Below are positions 31,321 to 42,000 of a stretch of DNA of 53,360 bases, piece after piece. The position numbers and the translations under genes were made by a program. Position 1 is the stretch's first letter. The number at the start of each line of letters is the position of its first letter. This stretch comes from a virus: the IMG/VR virus record IMGVR_UViG_3300045988_161096; one strand, 5' to 3'. The notes under the pieces are model-generated. The model did not search any database and had not been told where the DNA came from. It saw only the letters and a program-made list of their open reading frames with translations.

Positions 31321-33049
31321 AGCGTCTTCTCTCCAGCAGCGTGTTAGGTTCCACACGGAAACTAACATATCTTTGTTTGACTATAATAGCTCAGCTCAGT
31401 TGTTTCTTGATTGGGTGTCACACTTACTCCCAAAAGACAAGTACAACATATTCGTTCATCTGTTCCAGTATCCGCTTCCAACTTCAGCAGTTATAGATGA
31501 TGTATATCGAGAGCTCGAACGAGTATTCTACAGTAGAAACTCAAGTTCAGCATATCAGTTTACATCTTCTGAACTGCTTGAAGATTGGCTGAATTACAAA
31601 AAGAATGTACTTCATGAGCCGGATATATGGAAAACTGAAGGATGGAAACAGCTACAGGTATCGCCTAACAGCATACTTGTAGTTGACCTTCCAACTCAAC
31701 AGACAAGCTTTAGACCAGAGCCATATTTCTATTGGCTCAATATCGATAATGTTATCGATTACAAGTTTGTAGATAAGAGTATCACTAATTTTGAATGGCT
31801 TGTTTTCAAACAGCCAGAACACAGAATAGCGGTCTTTGACAGTACTTCAATAAGAGTTTATCAGCTTAACGAGAAGAATGAGATAGAGTCTCTGTTAACA
31901 GAGGCTACTCATAACTTAGGATTTTGCCCAGCACGGTTCTTTTGGACAACTCCTATCAATGAGAAATATCCAGATATTAAGAAAAATCCAATCACGAAGG
32001 AGTTATCTCGATTGGACTGGTATTTGTTCTTCTCTATCTCTAAACAGCATCTCGATTTGTATGCTCCATATCCTATTTATTCAGCTTATGAGGCAGACTG
32101 TAATTTCGAGAACAACGAAACAGGTGAATACTGTGACGGTGGTTTCTTAAGAAATGCTGACGGTGAATATGAGATTAATGCTGATGGAACAGTTAAAAAA
32201 TGCCCTTGCTGCGGTGAAAAGCGAATAGCTGGTCCTGGTTCCTTCTTAGAGGTACCAGTTCCTAATCAGACAGAAGGCATTGCTGATATGCGTAACCCTG
32301 TTCAGATTACAACTATTGATAAAAACAGTCTCGAGTACAACGTTGAAGAGGTCCGCAGACTTCACGACGAGATTGTGGTCTCTGTAGTAGGAGCGGGTGG
32401 CAATGCAGCTGTGTCTGAAAAGGAAGCTATAAATGAAACGCAGGTAGCTGCAAATTTCGAAAGCAAAACAGCTGTTCTTAATACTCTGAAGACGGACTTC
32501 GAGCAGGCCCAGAAGTTCGTAGAAGACACGATATGTAAACTTCGTTATGGAGATAATTTTATATCATCATCTATAAGTTGGGGCACAGAGTTTTATGTCT
32601 TCACTGTTGAAGAACTCTATTCTAAGTATAAATCTGCTAAAGAAAGTGGAGCCACTGAAACAGAACTTGATGCCATAATGCAGCAGATTCTTGAAGTGGA
32701 ATATCGTAATAACCCACTAGTGTTGCAGAGGATGCTTATATTGAAGCAGTTAGAGCCATATCCTCATAAAACACTCGACGAGATAATGAAGCTTTACAAT
32801 GCTAGTTTGCTTAACGTAAACTATGTGAAACTTAAAGTTAATTTCTCAGAGTTTATATCAAAGTTTGAACGCGAAAACATTGATATTGTGGAATTTGGTT
32901 CTTCTCTTCCACTGCGCGAAAAGATTAAAATTATTAGAGATAAATTATTAGAATATGTCAAACAAAACGATGAACAAGGCGGAGCTCCAAGAATTGATTC
33001 AGGACTTGAAGGACCGTCAGGAGGAGCTTCAGCAGCTTCAGCTGAGTAA
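31202..33049 (+). CDS. probable portal protein
   Basis: 615 aa. Its size and position (after TerL, before scaffold and capsid) fit a portal. The start is uncertain: ATG 31202 or in-frame ATG 31253. No portal motif was recognised by eye. Confidence 0.55.
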   Translation: MVVGAYLKIVNTNIQKNMGLSLNQIKEILLRPQKRQLINKASSLQQRVRFHTETNISLFDYNSSAQLFLDWVSHLLPKDKYNIFVHLFQYPLPTSAVIDDVYRELERVFYSRNSSSAYQFTSSELLEDWLNYKKNVLHEPDIWKTEGWKQLQVSPNSILVVDLPTQQTSFRPEPYFYWLNIDNVIDYKFVDKSITNFEWLVFKQPEHRIAVFDSTSIRVYQLNEKNEIESLLTEATHNLGFCPARFFWTTPINEKYPDIKKNPITKELSRLDWYLFFSISKQHLDLYAPYPIYSAYEADCNFENNETGEYCDGGFLRNADGEYEINADGTVKKCPCCGEKRIAGPGSFLEVPVPNQTEGIADMRNPVQITTIDKNSLEYNVEEVRRLHDEIVVSVVGAGGNAAVSEKEAINETQVAANFESKTAVLNTLKTDFEQAQKFVEDTICKLRYGDNFISSSISWGTEFYVFTVEELYSKYKSAKESGATETELDAIMQQILEVEYRNNPLVLQRMLILKQLEPYPHKTLDEIMKLYNASLLNVNYVKLKVNFSEFISKFERENIDIVEFGSSLPLREKIKIIRDKLLEYVKQNDEQGGAPRIDSGLEGPSGGASAASAE

Positions 33050-33395
33050 TCCTGATGCTTTCACAGTTGAACAGAAAACGGAGTTTGACAATAACGCCGA
33101 AGAACTTAAGAAAGCTGAGGCTCGCCTCGCTGTCGTAGAAGAGGCTTTGAAGCAGAATGCTTCAAATGCTTCTACTGACAACACATCTGGTAAAGTTGTT
33201 GTAATGGTTGCTTTTGGTGACCGTTTTAGCAAGCGAACAGGTAAAGAGGTAAATCCACCTCAGAAACGCTACTTCTCATTCGGTGAGTGGCAGGTATTTA
33301 AGCAGAACTACAAGCTGCTCGGTTATTCAATTACAAGTGTCATCAATGACCCATTTGGTGATGCTGCAGGTCTCATTGAGGAACCTAAAGATTAA
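32955..33395 (+). CDS. hypothetical coiled-coil protein (head module)
   Basis: 146-aa ATG ORF. Overlaps the portal 3' end by 95 nt. Confidence 0.45.
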   Translation: MSNKTMNKAELQELIQDLKDRQEELQQLQLSNPDAFTVEQKTEFDNNAEELKKAEARLAVVEEALKQNASNASTDNTSGKVVVMVAFGDRFSKRTGKEVNPPQKRYFSFGEWQVFKQNYKLLGYSITSVINDPFGDAAGLIEEPKD

Positions 33396-33406
33396 AAGAC
33401 AAAGCT

Positions 33407-34351
33407 ATGATAACAATTGAAATGCTTAATCAGAGCGAGTCACTTAAGGGTTTGACTGACGCTCAAAAACTAGCCATTACTACGCTCTCTAGCAATGATG
33501 AGGCAACAGTAATTGGTACAAAGATTGGTGCTTTGCACGGCCAGTATGATGCTGATATTCTCAGCATTTCAGGCATAAGTAAAGCAGATGGTGAAAAAAC
33601 TTATGACTATCTTAAGCGAGTTCTTGGTGACTACAAGACTAAGCTTGATGGTACTAAGACACTTTCTGCTCAGCTCGAGGCTCAGAAGAAGAAAGTAACT
33701 GAACTTGAAACTAAACTTGCAGCAGGTGGGTCTGACGAAGCTGTAAAGCAGCAGCTTAAAGACGCTCGCCATCAGGTTACTCAGCTTCAGACACAGCTTA
33801 CAACTAAGACTGAAGAGCTTGATAAAGCTAAGAAGGACTACGAAAAGAAGGAGAAAGACCTTCAGGTAGGCTTTGCATTTACTAACGCTACAGCTGGTAT
33901 CAAGTTTAAAGCTGATGTTTCAGAGCCAGTTAAGAAGATTCTCCTTGCAGCTGCTAAAGATGAGATTCTTGCTAAGGGTACTCCTGATTTCGTTGACGAT
34001 GGTAACGGCGGAAAGAAGCTGGTACTCCGCGATGCTGCTGGTAATACTCTCAACAATCCTAAGAACAACCTCAATCCATATACTATCGAGGAGTTAGTAA
34101 TGGAGACAAGTTTGAAGGATGTTATTGATACAGGTAGGCAGCAGCCAGGTGGAGGTACTAAGCCTAACCCATCACCTGACCATCGAACAGTTAATCTTGA
34201 TTTGTCAACAGCTAAAACTCAGCAGGAAGCTGATGTTCAGATTGAGAACTATCTGTTGTCAACCGGTTTAACTCGCGACAATGTTGAGTTTGGTAACAAA
34301 GCACTTGAGATTAGAAATGAAAACAATGTTTCTAGCCTTCCAATTCGATAA
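33407..34351 (+). CDS. probable scaffolding protein
   Basis: 314 aa with a long coiled-coil segment (LSAQLEAQKKKVTELETKL...QLQTQLTTKTEELDKAKKDYEKKEKDL). Lies directly upstream of the capsid gene. Confidence 0.5.
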   Translation: MITIEMLNQSESLKGLTDAQKLAITTLSSNDEATVIGTKIGALHGQYDADILSISGISKADGEKTYDYLKRVLGDYKTKLDGTKTLSAQLEAQKKKVTELETKLAAGGSDEAVKQQLKDARHQVTQLQTQLTTKTEELDKAKKDYEKKEKDLQVGFAFTNATAGIKFKADVSEPVKKILLAAAKDEILAKGTPDFVDDGNGGKKLVLRDAAGNTLNNPKNNLNPYTIEELVMETSLKDVIDTGRQQPGGGTKPNPSPDHRTVNLDLSTAKTQQEADVQIENYLLSTGLTRDNVEFGNKALEIRNENNVSSLPIR

Positions 34352-34430
34352 TAGACTGTATGATGTAAAAGGGTAATGCAGCATGTCAGTTATGATATAT
34401 TTATGTTAAACTTTTAAAAATTAAAAGACT

Positions 34431-35519
34431 ATGAGTTTAGTACTTACTAGAATTCAGCACATTCGTTCTAGTTCAAATTTGGACAAGTACGAGTATCGTC
34501 CTAGCCGATATGGTGCTCTTGACGTTTTTATCCAGCAGTCTAATGACCCAGCCGGTATTCTTACTGAGGAGCTCAAGCAGAAGGCCCGTACTTCTATTGG
34601 TAACGTCCTTGAAACTCCTGTAATCGACTATGATGCAGACATCACAATCGGCAATACTCGTACGCTTACGATTGATGATAGTGAAAATACTTCTCACATG
34701 GTGCAGATTAATTTTGCTACTTATGCGTTTGGCTTCACTATCGCTCCTGCTATGTACATGAACAACGAAATCGGCATCCAGAAGGATTTCGAGACTAAGT
34801 TGATGAAGTACATCTACAAGTTTGCTCAGAAACTTGATGAAGCAGCTCTTGCTAAGCTTGCAACTGAGAAGACAAAGGTTATTAAGAACCCACTGCTCTA
34901 TAAAAACACAACAGGTACAATCAACGCAAAGTGGACTGAGCGTGAGAACATCTTTGGTGACCTTGACCCAATTATGGCAGCCAATGACTTCTTCGGCCAG
35001 TTGCACATCGTAGGTGATGCCGGTGTTGAGTCAATTATGCGTAAGCTTGCTCAGCATGGTTTGTACAACGACGTTAACAAACAGAACGAGTTTGGTAACA
35101 AGATTGTACACTTGACCAACAACATGGCACTCGATAGCGAGAAGTATGCTCAGGGTTATGCTATCAATTCAGGTTCTCTTGGCTTCATGACACGTTTCGA
35201 ACGTGACTGCTTGCTTGGTACAGTATCTGGTGATGGCCATGAGTGGGGTATCGCAACTTTGCCACTGTTGAATATTCCTTGTGGTACTTACTTCTACGAT
35301 TCTGTTGGTGATTACCACGATATCGCAGATACAGCTACAGCTGATATGGTTCGCACCCGTAAGGAGCACTATGGCTTTGCAGTTGACGTTGCATTCCTTA
35401 CTTCTTACAACAGCAAATCTGCGACTTTGGCTAGTCCAATTATTGCTTTTGATATTTCAAGCGAGAATGCTAATTATGCAGTGCCTGTACAGCAGGTTGT
35501 TGCTCCTCAAACAGCGTAA
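34431..35519 (+). CDS. probable major capsid protein
   Basis: 362 aa. Follows the scaffold-like gene and is itself followed by a strong terminator, as is typical for highly expressed capsid genes. This is a positional inference. Confidence 0.6.
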   Translation: MSLVLTRIQHIRSSSNLDKYEYRPSRYGALDVFIQQSNDPAGILTEELKQKARTSIGNVLETPVIDYDADITIGNTRTLTIDDSENTSHMVQINFATYAFGFTIAPAMYMNNEIGIQKDFETKLMKYIYKFAQKLDEAALAKLATEKTKVIKNPLLYKNTTGTINAKWTERENIFGDLDPIMAANDFFGQLHIVGDAGVESIMRKLAQHGLYNDVNKQNEFGNKIVHLTNNMALDSEKYAQGYAINSGSLGFMTRFERDCLLGTVSGDGHEWGIATLPLLNIPCGTYFYDSVGDYHDIADTATADMVRTRKEHYGFAVDVAFLTSYNSKSATLASPIIAFDISSENANYAVPVQQVVAPQTA

Positions 35520-35603
35520 TCTTTCTTTGGGTGAATATCTAAATATAAATCTAGAAGAAACTAGTAATAGCTTTTAGTTGTTATTAGCTTTGGATGGGTC
35601 CAG

Positions 35604-35642
35604 CGGGAGGACAGACTTAAAAAGTCTCGTTCTCCCGTTTTT
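35604..35642 (+). terminator. intrinsic terminator after the capsid gene
   Basis: 15-bp stem CGGGAGGACAGACTT / AAGTCTCGTTCTCCCG (one bulge, one G-U pair) with an AAA loop, followed by T5. Confidence 0.8.
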
Positions 35643-35663
35643 ACTTTAAACTGAAATGTAATC

Positions 35664-36947
35664 ATGATAAGAATTGCAGATATACAAGATAAAATGCTCC
35701 ATCTAGTAGGATGGAAACAGAGTTATGATTTGTCAGATATTATGTTATCTAGCAATCTAACTCAGACTGAATCAGGTATGTATTTTCAGCAGATTCATCC
35801 TCTTCTTACATTGGATAATTTACGAAGTATAGCTCCTGATTTTCAGAACTATAATTGGCAGGTACACGATGTGAATAAAGCTTATAAATCTGGAGAGGTA
35901 GTTAGAGTAGATGATTCTCTGTACAAGGCTATTCAAGACGTTCCAGCAGAAACAGATATTCTAGATTCTGAATATTGGTCAGAAACAAATCCATTTTCAG
36001 AATGGCTTGAAGAGAAAACTAAGGCTAGTATTGTGAAACTTGTTAATAAGTTTATCAATATGAAGCTAGCTGACAAAGCTACAAAATCTCTTATCGAGAA
36101 CAAGATTCTGTTTGATGGTACTGGTAGACTTACCAACAAGATTGAAAATCGTAACAAGTTAGTAGGTTTTGAGATTGATACAGTTCGCTCTAAAGGCGTT
36201 ACAGTTAAAATTGATAAGATTGGTCTTCAGATGACGGAACCAGGTTCTTATACTCTCTATATTTTCCACTCTAGTAACCCAGAGCCAATTTACACTCTCA
36301 CTTTTGAGAAAACCAAGGCTAATAGTCTTGAATGGTTTAAGCCAAAAGATGATATTTTGCTGCCTTATGAGAGCGCTAATACAGATGCTGGAGGCAGTTG
36401 GTATTTAGTATACAAGCAGTCAGAACTTCCTGAAAATGCTCAGGCCATTTATAAAGACAGAGACTGGTCCACTGGACCATGCAAGGCATGCTCTAGAAGT
36501 GAGTTTTTAGCTTACCAAGCTTGGTCTAGGTACATAGAGATACACCCATTCTACATATCAGAGGATGAAGAATTTGACCCAGAGATAATGAATTTTACGT
36601 ACGATAAGAACTATGGCATTAATCTCGAAGTCTCAGCATATTGTGACTTGACAGATTTTATTATTAAACAGAGAGCTATGTTCCAGGATGTACTCTCAAA
36701 GCAAGTAGCTATAGATTTCTTACGAGAATTTGCCTACAATCCAAATGTTAGAACTAACAGGCATTCTATCAATGCATCTAAGTTGGATATTTTGGTAGAA
36801 CTGGATGGCGATTCTAATAGCATGAGACAATCTGGACTTTCGTATGAATTGGATATTGCTTTAAAAGCTTTAAGTATTAGTACACAAGGGCTAGACAGAG
36901 TATGTCTGCCATGCGTGAATAACGGAATTAAATACAGGTCTATATAA
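35664..36947 (+). CDS. structural-module protein of unknown role
   Basis: 427-aa ATG ORF. Confidence 0.6.
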   Translation: MIRIADIQDKMLHLVGWKQSYDLSDIMLSSNLTQTESGMYFQQIHPLLTLDNLRSIAPDFQNYNWQVHDVNKAYKSGEVVRVDDSLYKAIQDVPAETDILDSEYWSETNPFSEWLEEKTKASIVKLVNKFINMKLADKATKSLIENKILFDGTGRLTNKIENRNKLVGFEIDTVRSKGVTVKIDKIGLQMTEPGSYTLYIFHSSNPEPIYTLTFEKTKANSLEWFKPKDDILLPYESANTDAGGSWYLVYKQSELPENAQAIYKDRDWSTGPCKACSRSEFLAYQAWSRYIEIHPFYISEDEEFDPEIMNFTYDKNYGINLEVSAYCDLTDFIIKQRAMFQDVLSKQVAIDFLREFAYNPNVRTNRHSINASKLDILVELDGDSNSMRQSGLSYELDIALKALSISTQGLDRVCLPCVNNGIKYRSI

Positions 36948-37432
36948 TGGCTGCATCTAAGTATTATGGCTTATCTATTAGAAACTTAGCTTACAGATTA
37001 AGAAAGTTTGATGAGGTCCTTGGTAGGGAACTCGTTAAAACTGTACTGGCTCACGAGCAAGAAATCATAGAGGCTATTACTGAAGACCAGCTTTACGAAA
37101 GAGGAGTAAACGGAGATGATGTTGAAATTATGTCTTACGCTCCGTATGCTCCAAGTACTGTAAAACGAAAAATCAGAAAAGGACAGCCTTATAATAGAGT
37201 AACACTTAAAGATACTGGTGAATGGTATAAGTCTTTAAGGCTCGTGTATGATATTGATGGTTTTTATCTAACGAGTACTGATGACAAGAATAAGTATTTA
37301 AAAGATAAATATGGACCAAAAATTCTCAAGCTTACAAAAGAGAACTTAAAAAATATCATATATAAATACATAAGGCCAGAATTATCAGTCAAACTTAAAG
37401 AATATTTACAGAATGGCACAGAAGAAGAATAA
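36947..37432 (+). CDS. structural-module protein (possible head-tail connector)
   Basis: 161 aa. Its ATG overlaps the upstream TAA. Confidence 0.5.
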   Translation: MAASKYYGLSIRNLAYRLRKFDEVLGRELVKTVLAHEQEIIEAITEDQLYERGVNGDDVEIMSYAPYAPSTVKRKIRKGQPYNRVTLKDTGEWYKSLRLVYDIDGFYLTSTDDKNKYLKDKYGPKILKLTKENLKNIIYKYIRPELSVKLKEYLQNGTEEE

Positions 37433-38066
37433 TGTAGAGCGAAGCATAATTATTCCAATGAAAGAAAATCCAGTATTGTTAGATAAAGTTATACAGGATA
37501 TTCAGAAAACATTAGGAGAAAAGCTTAAATGGCTTGATTATGCTTTTGGCCGTTCTTATAAGTTGGTTGAGCACCAAGAAGGCGGCGGAAAATTTATATA
37601 TCCAGCAGCATACATTGGAAAATCTGAATATGCTTCTTTACTTCCAAATGACCAATATGGTAATTTCTGCTGGTTTGATATTTATGATGCTCAGAATATT
37701 ACTCAAGTAGTTCAATCTACACCTCAGTTTACATTCTCAGGAGCTATAGTTTTCTGGTTTAATCTAGATACTATTTTTGCTGATAATGACGCTATGTACT
37801 CAGAAGAGGTGAAAGACGAAATTATTAGAGTTCTTACCACTCCAGGTCTCATTAAACAGACAGGTAGACTTACAGTCGACAAAGTTTATGAGAGATTCGA
37901 GAATATCTATAAAGGATATTCGCTTGAAAAGATTTATAACAGCTATGTTTACTCTGGTCAAGATATTCAGTCTATGGATAAGCTATTCTTTATGCATCCA
38001 TATTCTGGACTGAGATTTGAGTTTACAATAACAACAAGAGAATTATGCCAACGTTATATCAAATAA
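37413..38066 (+). CDS. structural-module protein of unknown role
   Basis: 217-aa ATG ORF. Confidence 0.55.
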   Translation: MAQKKNNVERSIIIPMKENPVLLDKVIQDIQKTLGEKLKWLDYAFGRSYKLVEHQEGGGKFIYPAAYIGKSEYASLLPNDQYGNFCWFDIYDAQNITQVVQSTPQFTFSGAIVFWFNLDTIFADNDAMYSEEVKDEIIRVLTTPGLIKQTGRLTVDKVYERFENIYKGYSLEKIYNSYVYSGQDIQSMDKLFFMHPYSGLRFEFTITTRELCQRYIK

Positions 38067-38311
38067 TTTTAATTGCTCTATTTTCTGCTTTTGTGGAGCT
38101 GTTTATGAGCAAATCAGGTTTTAGATATTGGCTTAGAGACCAGTGCGATGATATAGGTTTTACAATTGTAGCTAAAATGCTTGATTGTGACTTTTGTCTA
38201 GGTTTCTGGCTTAGTGTTATAATATCGATTGCAATGGTACTGATTACGCTTGACCCATCGTATATCTATGTGCCAGTATTTGCAACTCCTATAATAAGAT
38301 TTTTAGTATGA
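38045..38311 (+). CDS. small membrane protein (DUF1360-like; tentative)
   Basis: 88 aa with hydrophobic helices and a CDFCLGFW motif that recalls DUF1360. An unusual location, inside the tail gene block. Confidence 0.4.
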   Translation: MPTLYQIILIALFSAFVELFMSKSGFRYWLRDQCDDIGFTIVAKMLDCDFCLGFWLSVIISIAMVLITLDPSYIYVPVFATPIIRFLV

Positions 38312-39081
38312 AAACAATATCCTTAGCTAATAGAACTATAAAGCTGTATGATTCAATTGATGAAATGCCAATTGAAAATTTTCAGCGATATAATAAGTAT
38401 ATTATCATAGATGCTGGACTTGGCTCCGACATAGATTCAGTTGATGAACACATAGTACAAATTGCAAAGCTTATTAATTCTGGAGACAAGAAAAAAGCCA
38501 TGCAAGAATTGCAAAATATGAGACAAAACATGCACATGATTGTGAGTGGAATATCTCCAAGGTATATGGCATTTGCAGCTCTCGTATACAGTATTGATGG
38601 AAAGAAAGTAGAAAGTCAGTCAGATACTAGTTTACAAGAATTATTATCTGATTTAAATAAGGCAAAGCATAGCTCTATTATAGAAACGCTATTTCAGTTG
38701 AAAAAAAAACTTTCGACAGAGCTAGAAACTTATTTTCCAGATAACTTTGATTCAGCAAAAGAAAAAATGATATATGAAAAGATTAAGCAGAGAACAATCT
38801 TGCAGCTAAAAGGTATTATAGAAGACAAAGAATATACCGAAGAGATAGCTGATATAGACTTGTCTCTGCTTAAATCTTATAAGCCAGGAATATTTACTGG
38901 TAAAAATTCATTCGAATTAAAATACGATAAGCAGTTTGAAAGTTTATGTATGTTAGTTGGCCAAAAAGCTAATTTAAATGCTAAGCAGATGACTGTTCTT
39001 CAATTTTACACAACTGTTAATAATATAAAAGCTCAGCTCGATGCTGAAGCTAAAGCTTATAAACGAATTAAACATAGATAA
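38308..39081 (+). CDS. hypothetical protein; possible tail assembly chaperone by position
   Basis: 257 aa, immediately upstream of the tape measure gene. Confidence 0.45.
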   Translation: MKTISLANRTIKLYDSIDEMPIENFQRYNKYIIIDAGLGSDIDSVDEHIVQIAKLINSGDKKKAMQELQNMRQNMHMIVSGISPRYMAFAALVYSIDGKKVESQSDTSLQELLSDLNKAKHSSIIETLFQLKKKLSTELETYFPDNFDSAKEKMIYEKIKQRTILQLKGIIEDKEYTEEIADIDLSLLKSYKPGIFTGKNSFELKYDKQFESLCMLVGQKANLNAKQMTVLQFYTTVNNIKAQLDAEAKAYKRIKHR

Positions 39082-39083
39082 TT

Positions 39084-42000
39084 ATGGCAGATGACGTAAT
39101 AAAGGAAAGTGACCTCATACAGTCCGATGGTTCCATAGATAAAATCACTCAATCTTTGGAACTGCTTATAGATAGTTATGGAGAGATGGTTGCTGCTATA
39201 AAGAAAGGTTCTTCTGAGATGGTAGAGGCTATAAAGAATATGAGTACTTCTACCAAAGAAGGTCGTGCAGCTTTAGATGATGCAGTTAGAGCAGCCCAAA
39301 GATTAGAAAGAGCACAGAAAGAATATGAGTTTGCTCAGTCTGATATAGGTAAGGAAGTGGCCGATTTAAAATCTAAAACAGCTGCTTTAAATAGAACTAC
39401 AGCTGAGAGCAAGAAGGCACTTGAGTTGCAAGCTGGTTCCTATGAAAGAATTAGAATACATCTCAAGCATCTCATTGATTTATATAAAAATATGTCCGCC
39501 GAGCAGAGAGCTTCTAGAGGTGATGACATAATTCGTCAAATTAATGAGCAGAGGTCTAGGCTTGCAGCTATGGATGAGCAACTTAAAGCTCACGTTGTGC
39601 AGATTTCTAAAGTGCAGAAAGCCGAAGAGAAATTAGCATATTTGCAGTCAGAAGAAGGTCAGCGCTATCTTGAGTTGAAAGCTAAGATTCGTGAAGTTAT
39701 GGCAGCTCACACAGCTAATAGAACTCAGGTTGATGCACTTACGCAAGCTCAGAATAGATATAACCAAGCAGCAGACGCTACAAATATTCAGATTAGAGAA
39801 TTAGATTTACAAACAAAAACTCTTAATCAGACTGCTAAGTATCAGGCTCAGATTAATCAGTCTGCTGAAGGCTCTTATAATAGATTAGCGGCCCAGTATG
39901 CACTTAACAAGATTAAGTTAAATGCTATGTCGGCTGCTGAACGTTCAGCTACTGACGCCGGTAAAAAACTCGAGCAAGAAACTGCAGCTATATATAAAGA
40001 AATGATACGACTCCAGGAAGCCACTGGAAATCACAGACTTAGCGTAGGTAATTATGCTAAGTCATGGGATGGCCTTGGAGTATCTGTATCTCAGGTAGTT
40101 CGAGAACTTCCTGCTGCAGCAGTGTCTCTTAACACATTCTTTCTTGGTATCTCTAACAACATACCTATTGTAATTGATGAAATTAAGAAAGTAAGAGCCG
40201 AGAATGCTAAGCTTAGAGCTGAAGGTAAACCAACTGTATCTGTTACTAAACAAATCGTATCAGCTTTACTCAGCTGGCAAACAGCTCTTATAGTAGTGCT
40301 GTATGCTTTATCAGCACATGGCAAAGAGATTCTGCAGTGGATAAGTTTAGTTATTAAAGGTGGTCAAGCATGTATAACTCAAAAAGAGGCAATACAAAAT
40401 GTTACAGACGAAATAAAAAATGCAAATGATAACTATGCTGAGAATATAGTCACGCTTAGGAGATTATCAACTGAGTGGAAGAAGCTCGGCAATAACATGA
40501 AGGAAAAGCAACAGTTTATCAAAGATAATAAGGCTGAATTTGATAAACTTGATGTATCTATAAGAAATGTAGATGATGCAGAAAATCTTCTTGTTAAAAA
40601 TACTACAGCTTTTGAAAACGCTATGTTTGCTAGAGCTAAGGCTGCAGCAGCAGCTTCATTAGCTCAAAAGGAAATGCAGAAAGCTCTTGAAGAAAGAGTA
40701 GAAGCTGAAAAGCGTGAAAAGGCAGGTCCTAGTTGGTGGGATAAATTTCAAGCTTATCTTATTTCAGGCTCAGGATATGGTGCAGGAGCAGGAGCTACAG
40801 CATCATGGGATAAAACTAAAAAAAGCATAACGGATGCCAAGTCTATTCAGAAAAAAGCTATTGCCATTTCTAAAGCTGAACAAAAACGCCATGAAGAAGA
40901 CGCTAACACTTATATAAAAATACAAAAAGACGCTCTTGAAGAAGTCGATAAAATTTATAAAAAATATGGTTTTGACACAGCTCACAAGAAAGGCAGCACA
41001 CGTACGCGCACACCTCGTGAGCGTGATTTAACTGATACAATATGGAGAAATGATTTAACAATTCAGAAGAAATATGAAGCTAGTATTACAGCTTTGCAGA
41101 GAGATGAGTTTAAAAAACGTAAACAAGAAGCTGTAGATTCTGCTGAAGCTACAATCAGAGAGATGCAGGAGAAGTTCCGTAAAAATGAAGTTTTCTTAGC
41201 AGGCAAAAAGGGAAATAAGCCACTTACTGACGAGCAAAAGCAACAGGTTAAAAAACAGCAAGAAGAGCTCACAGCTATCATCGAGAATACTCAAAGAAAA
41301 CTCAATCTTGATTTGCAAGATATTGAGGATGAGCGCCAAATAGATAGTATGACTAAACTTCGTCAAACTATGAAGTTTAGATACGATACTATTTCAGCTG
41401 AGATTGAAAAGGAGAAAAAGCTTAGATTACAGCAGCTCGATGACCGTGAAGCAGCTTATACAACAAAGGCTGCTACTGTTTCAGAAGATGGTCAGACAGA
41501 AGCTGAAGTTACAGGTCAGGCTACTCCTGAACAATTGGCAGCATGGCACAAAGAAAGAGCACAAATCGAAGCAAAATATGACCAAATTATTCTTGACTTG
41601 CGCGCTAAGGAGATACAAGAGCAGTTGTATCTTGTAAAGAAAGGCACTCAAGAAGAAAGACGATTACTTCTTGAACAAGTTGAGAATGCTAGAAAATTAG
41701 CTTTAGCCCAAAATAGAGCTAAGCCTGTTGAACAGCAAGAATCTGAGACCAGTATTAATGCTAAGTTTAATAAACAGAAATTATCCATATCAGGTTCTAA
41801 TAGACTGCAAAATTTCCAGCAGCAGCAAGCCTTGGCAAAATCTGAATTTGATTTAGCTGTGCACACGGCCGACGAAATTAAAGATTACGAGCTGACTCAG
41901 GAAATCGCTCTGTGGAAAGAAAAGATAAGATTAGCTAAATCCGGAGCTCTTGACTGGTCACAAGCTCAGATTGACGAAGCCCACAACGTAGTTAAAAAAC

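Noticed and set aside
34473-35006. 177-aa minus-strand ORF inside the capsid gene, and similar antisense ORFs in TerL (28980-29396), the tape measure gene and the fibre gene
   Set aside because: These are shadow ORFs inside long, motif-supported +-strand genes. Every convincing gene in the window is on the + strand.
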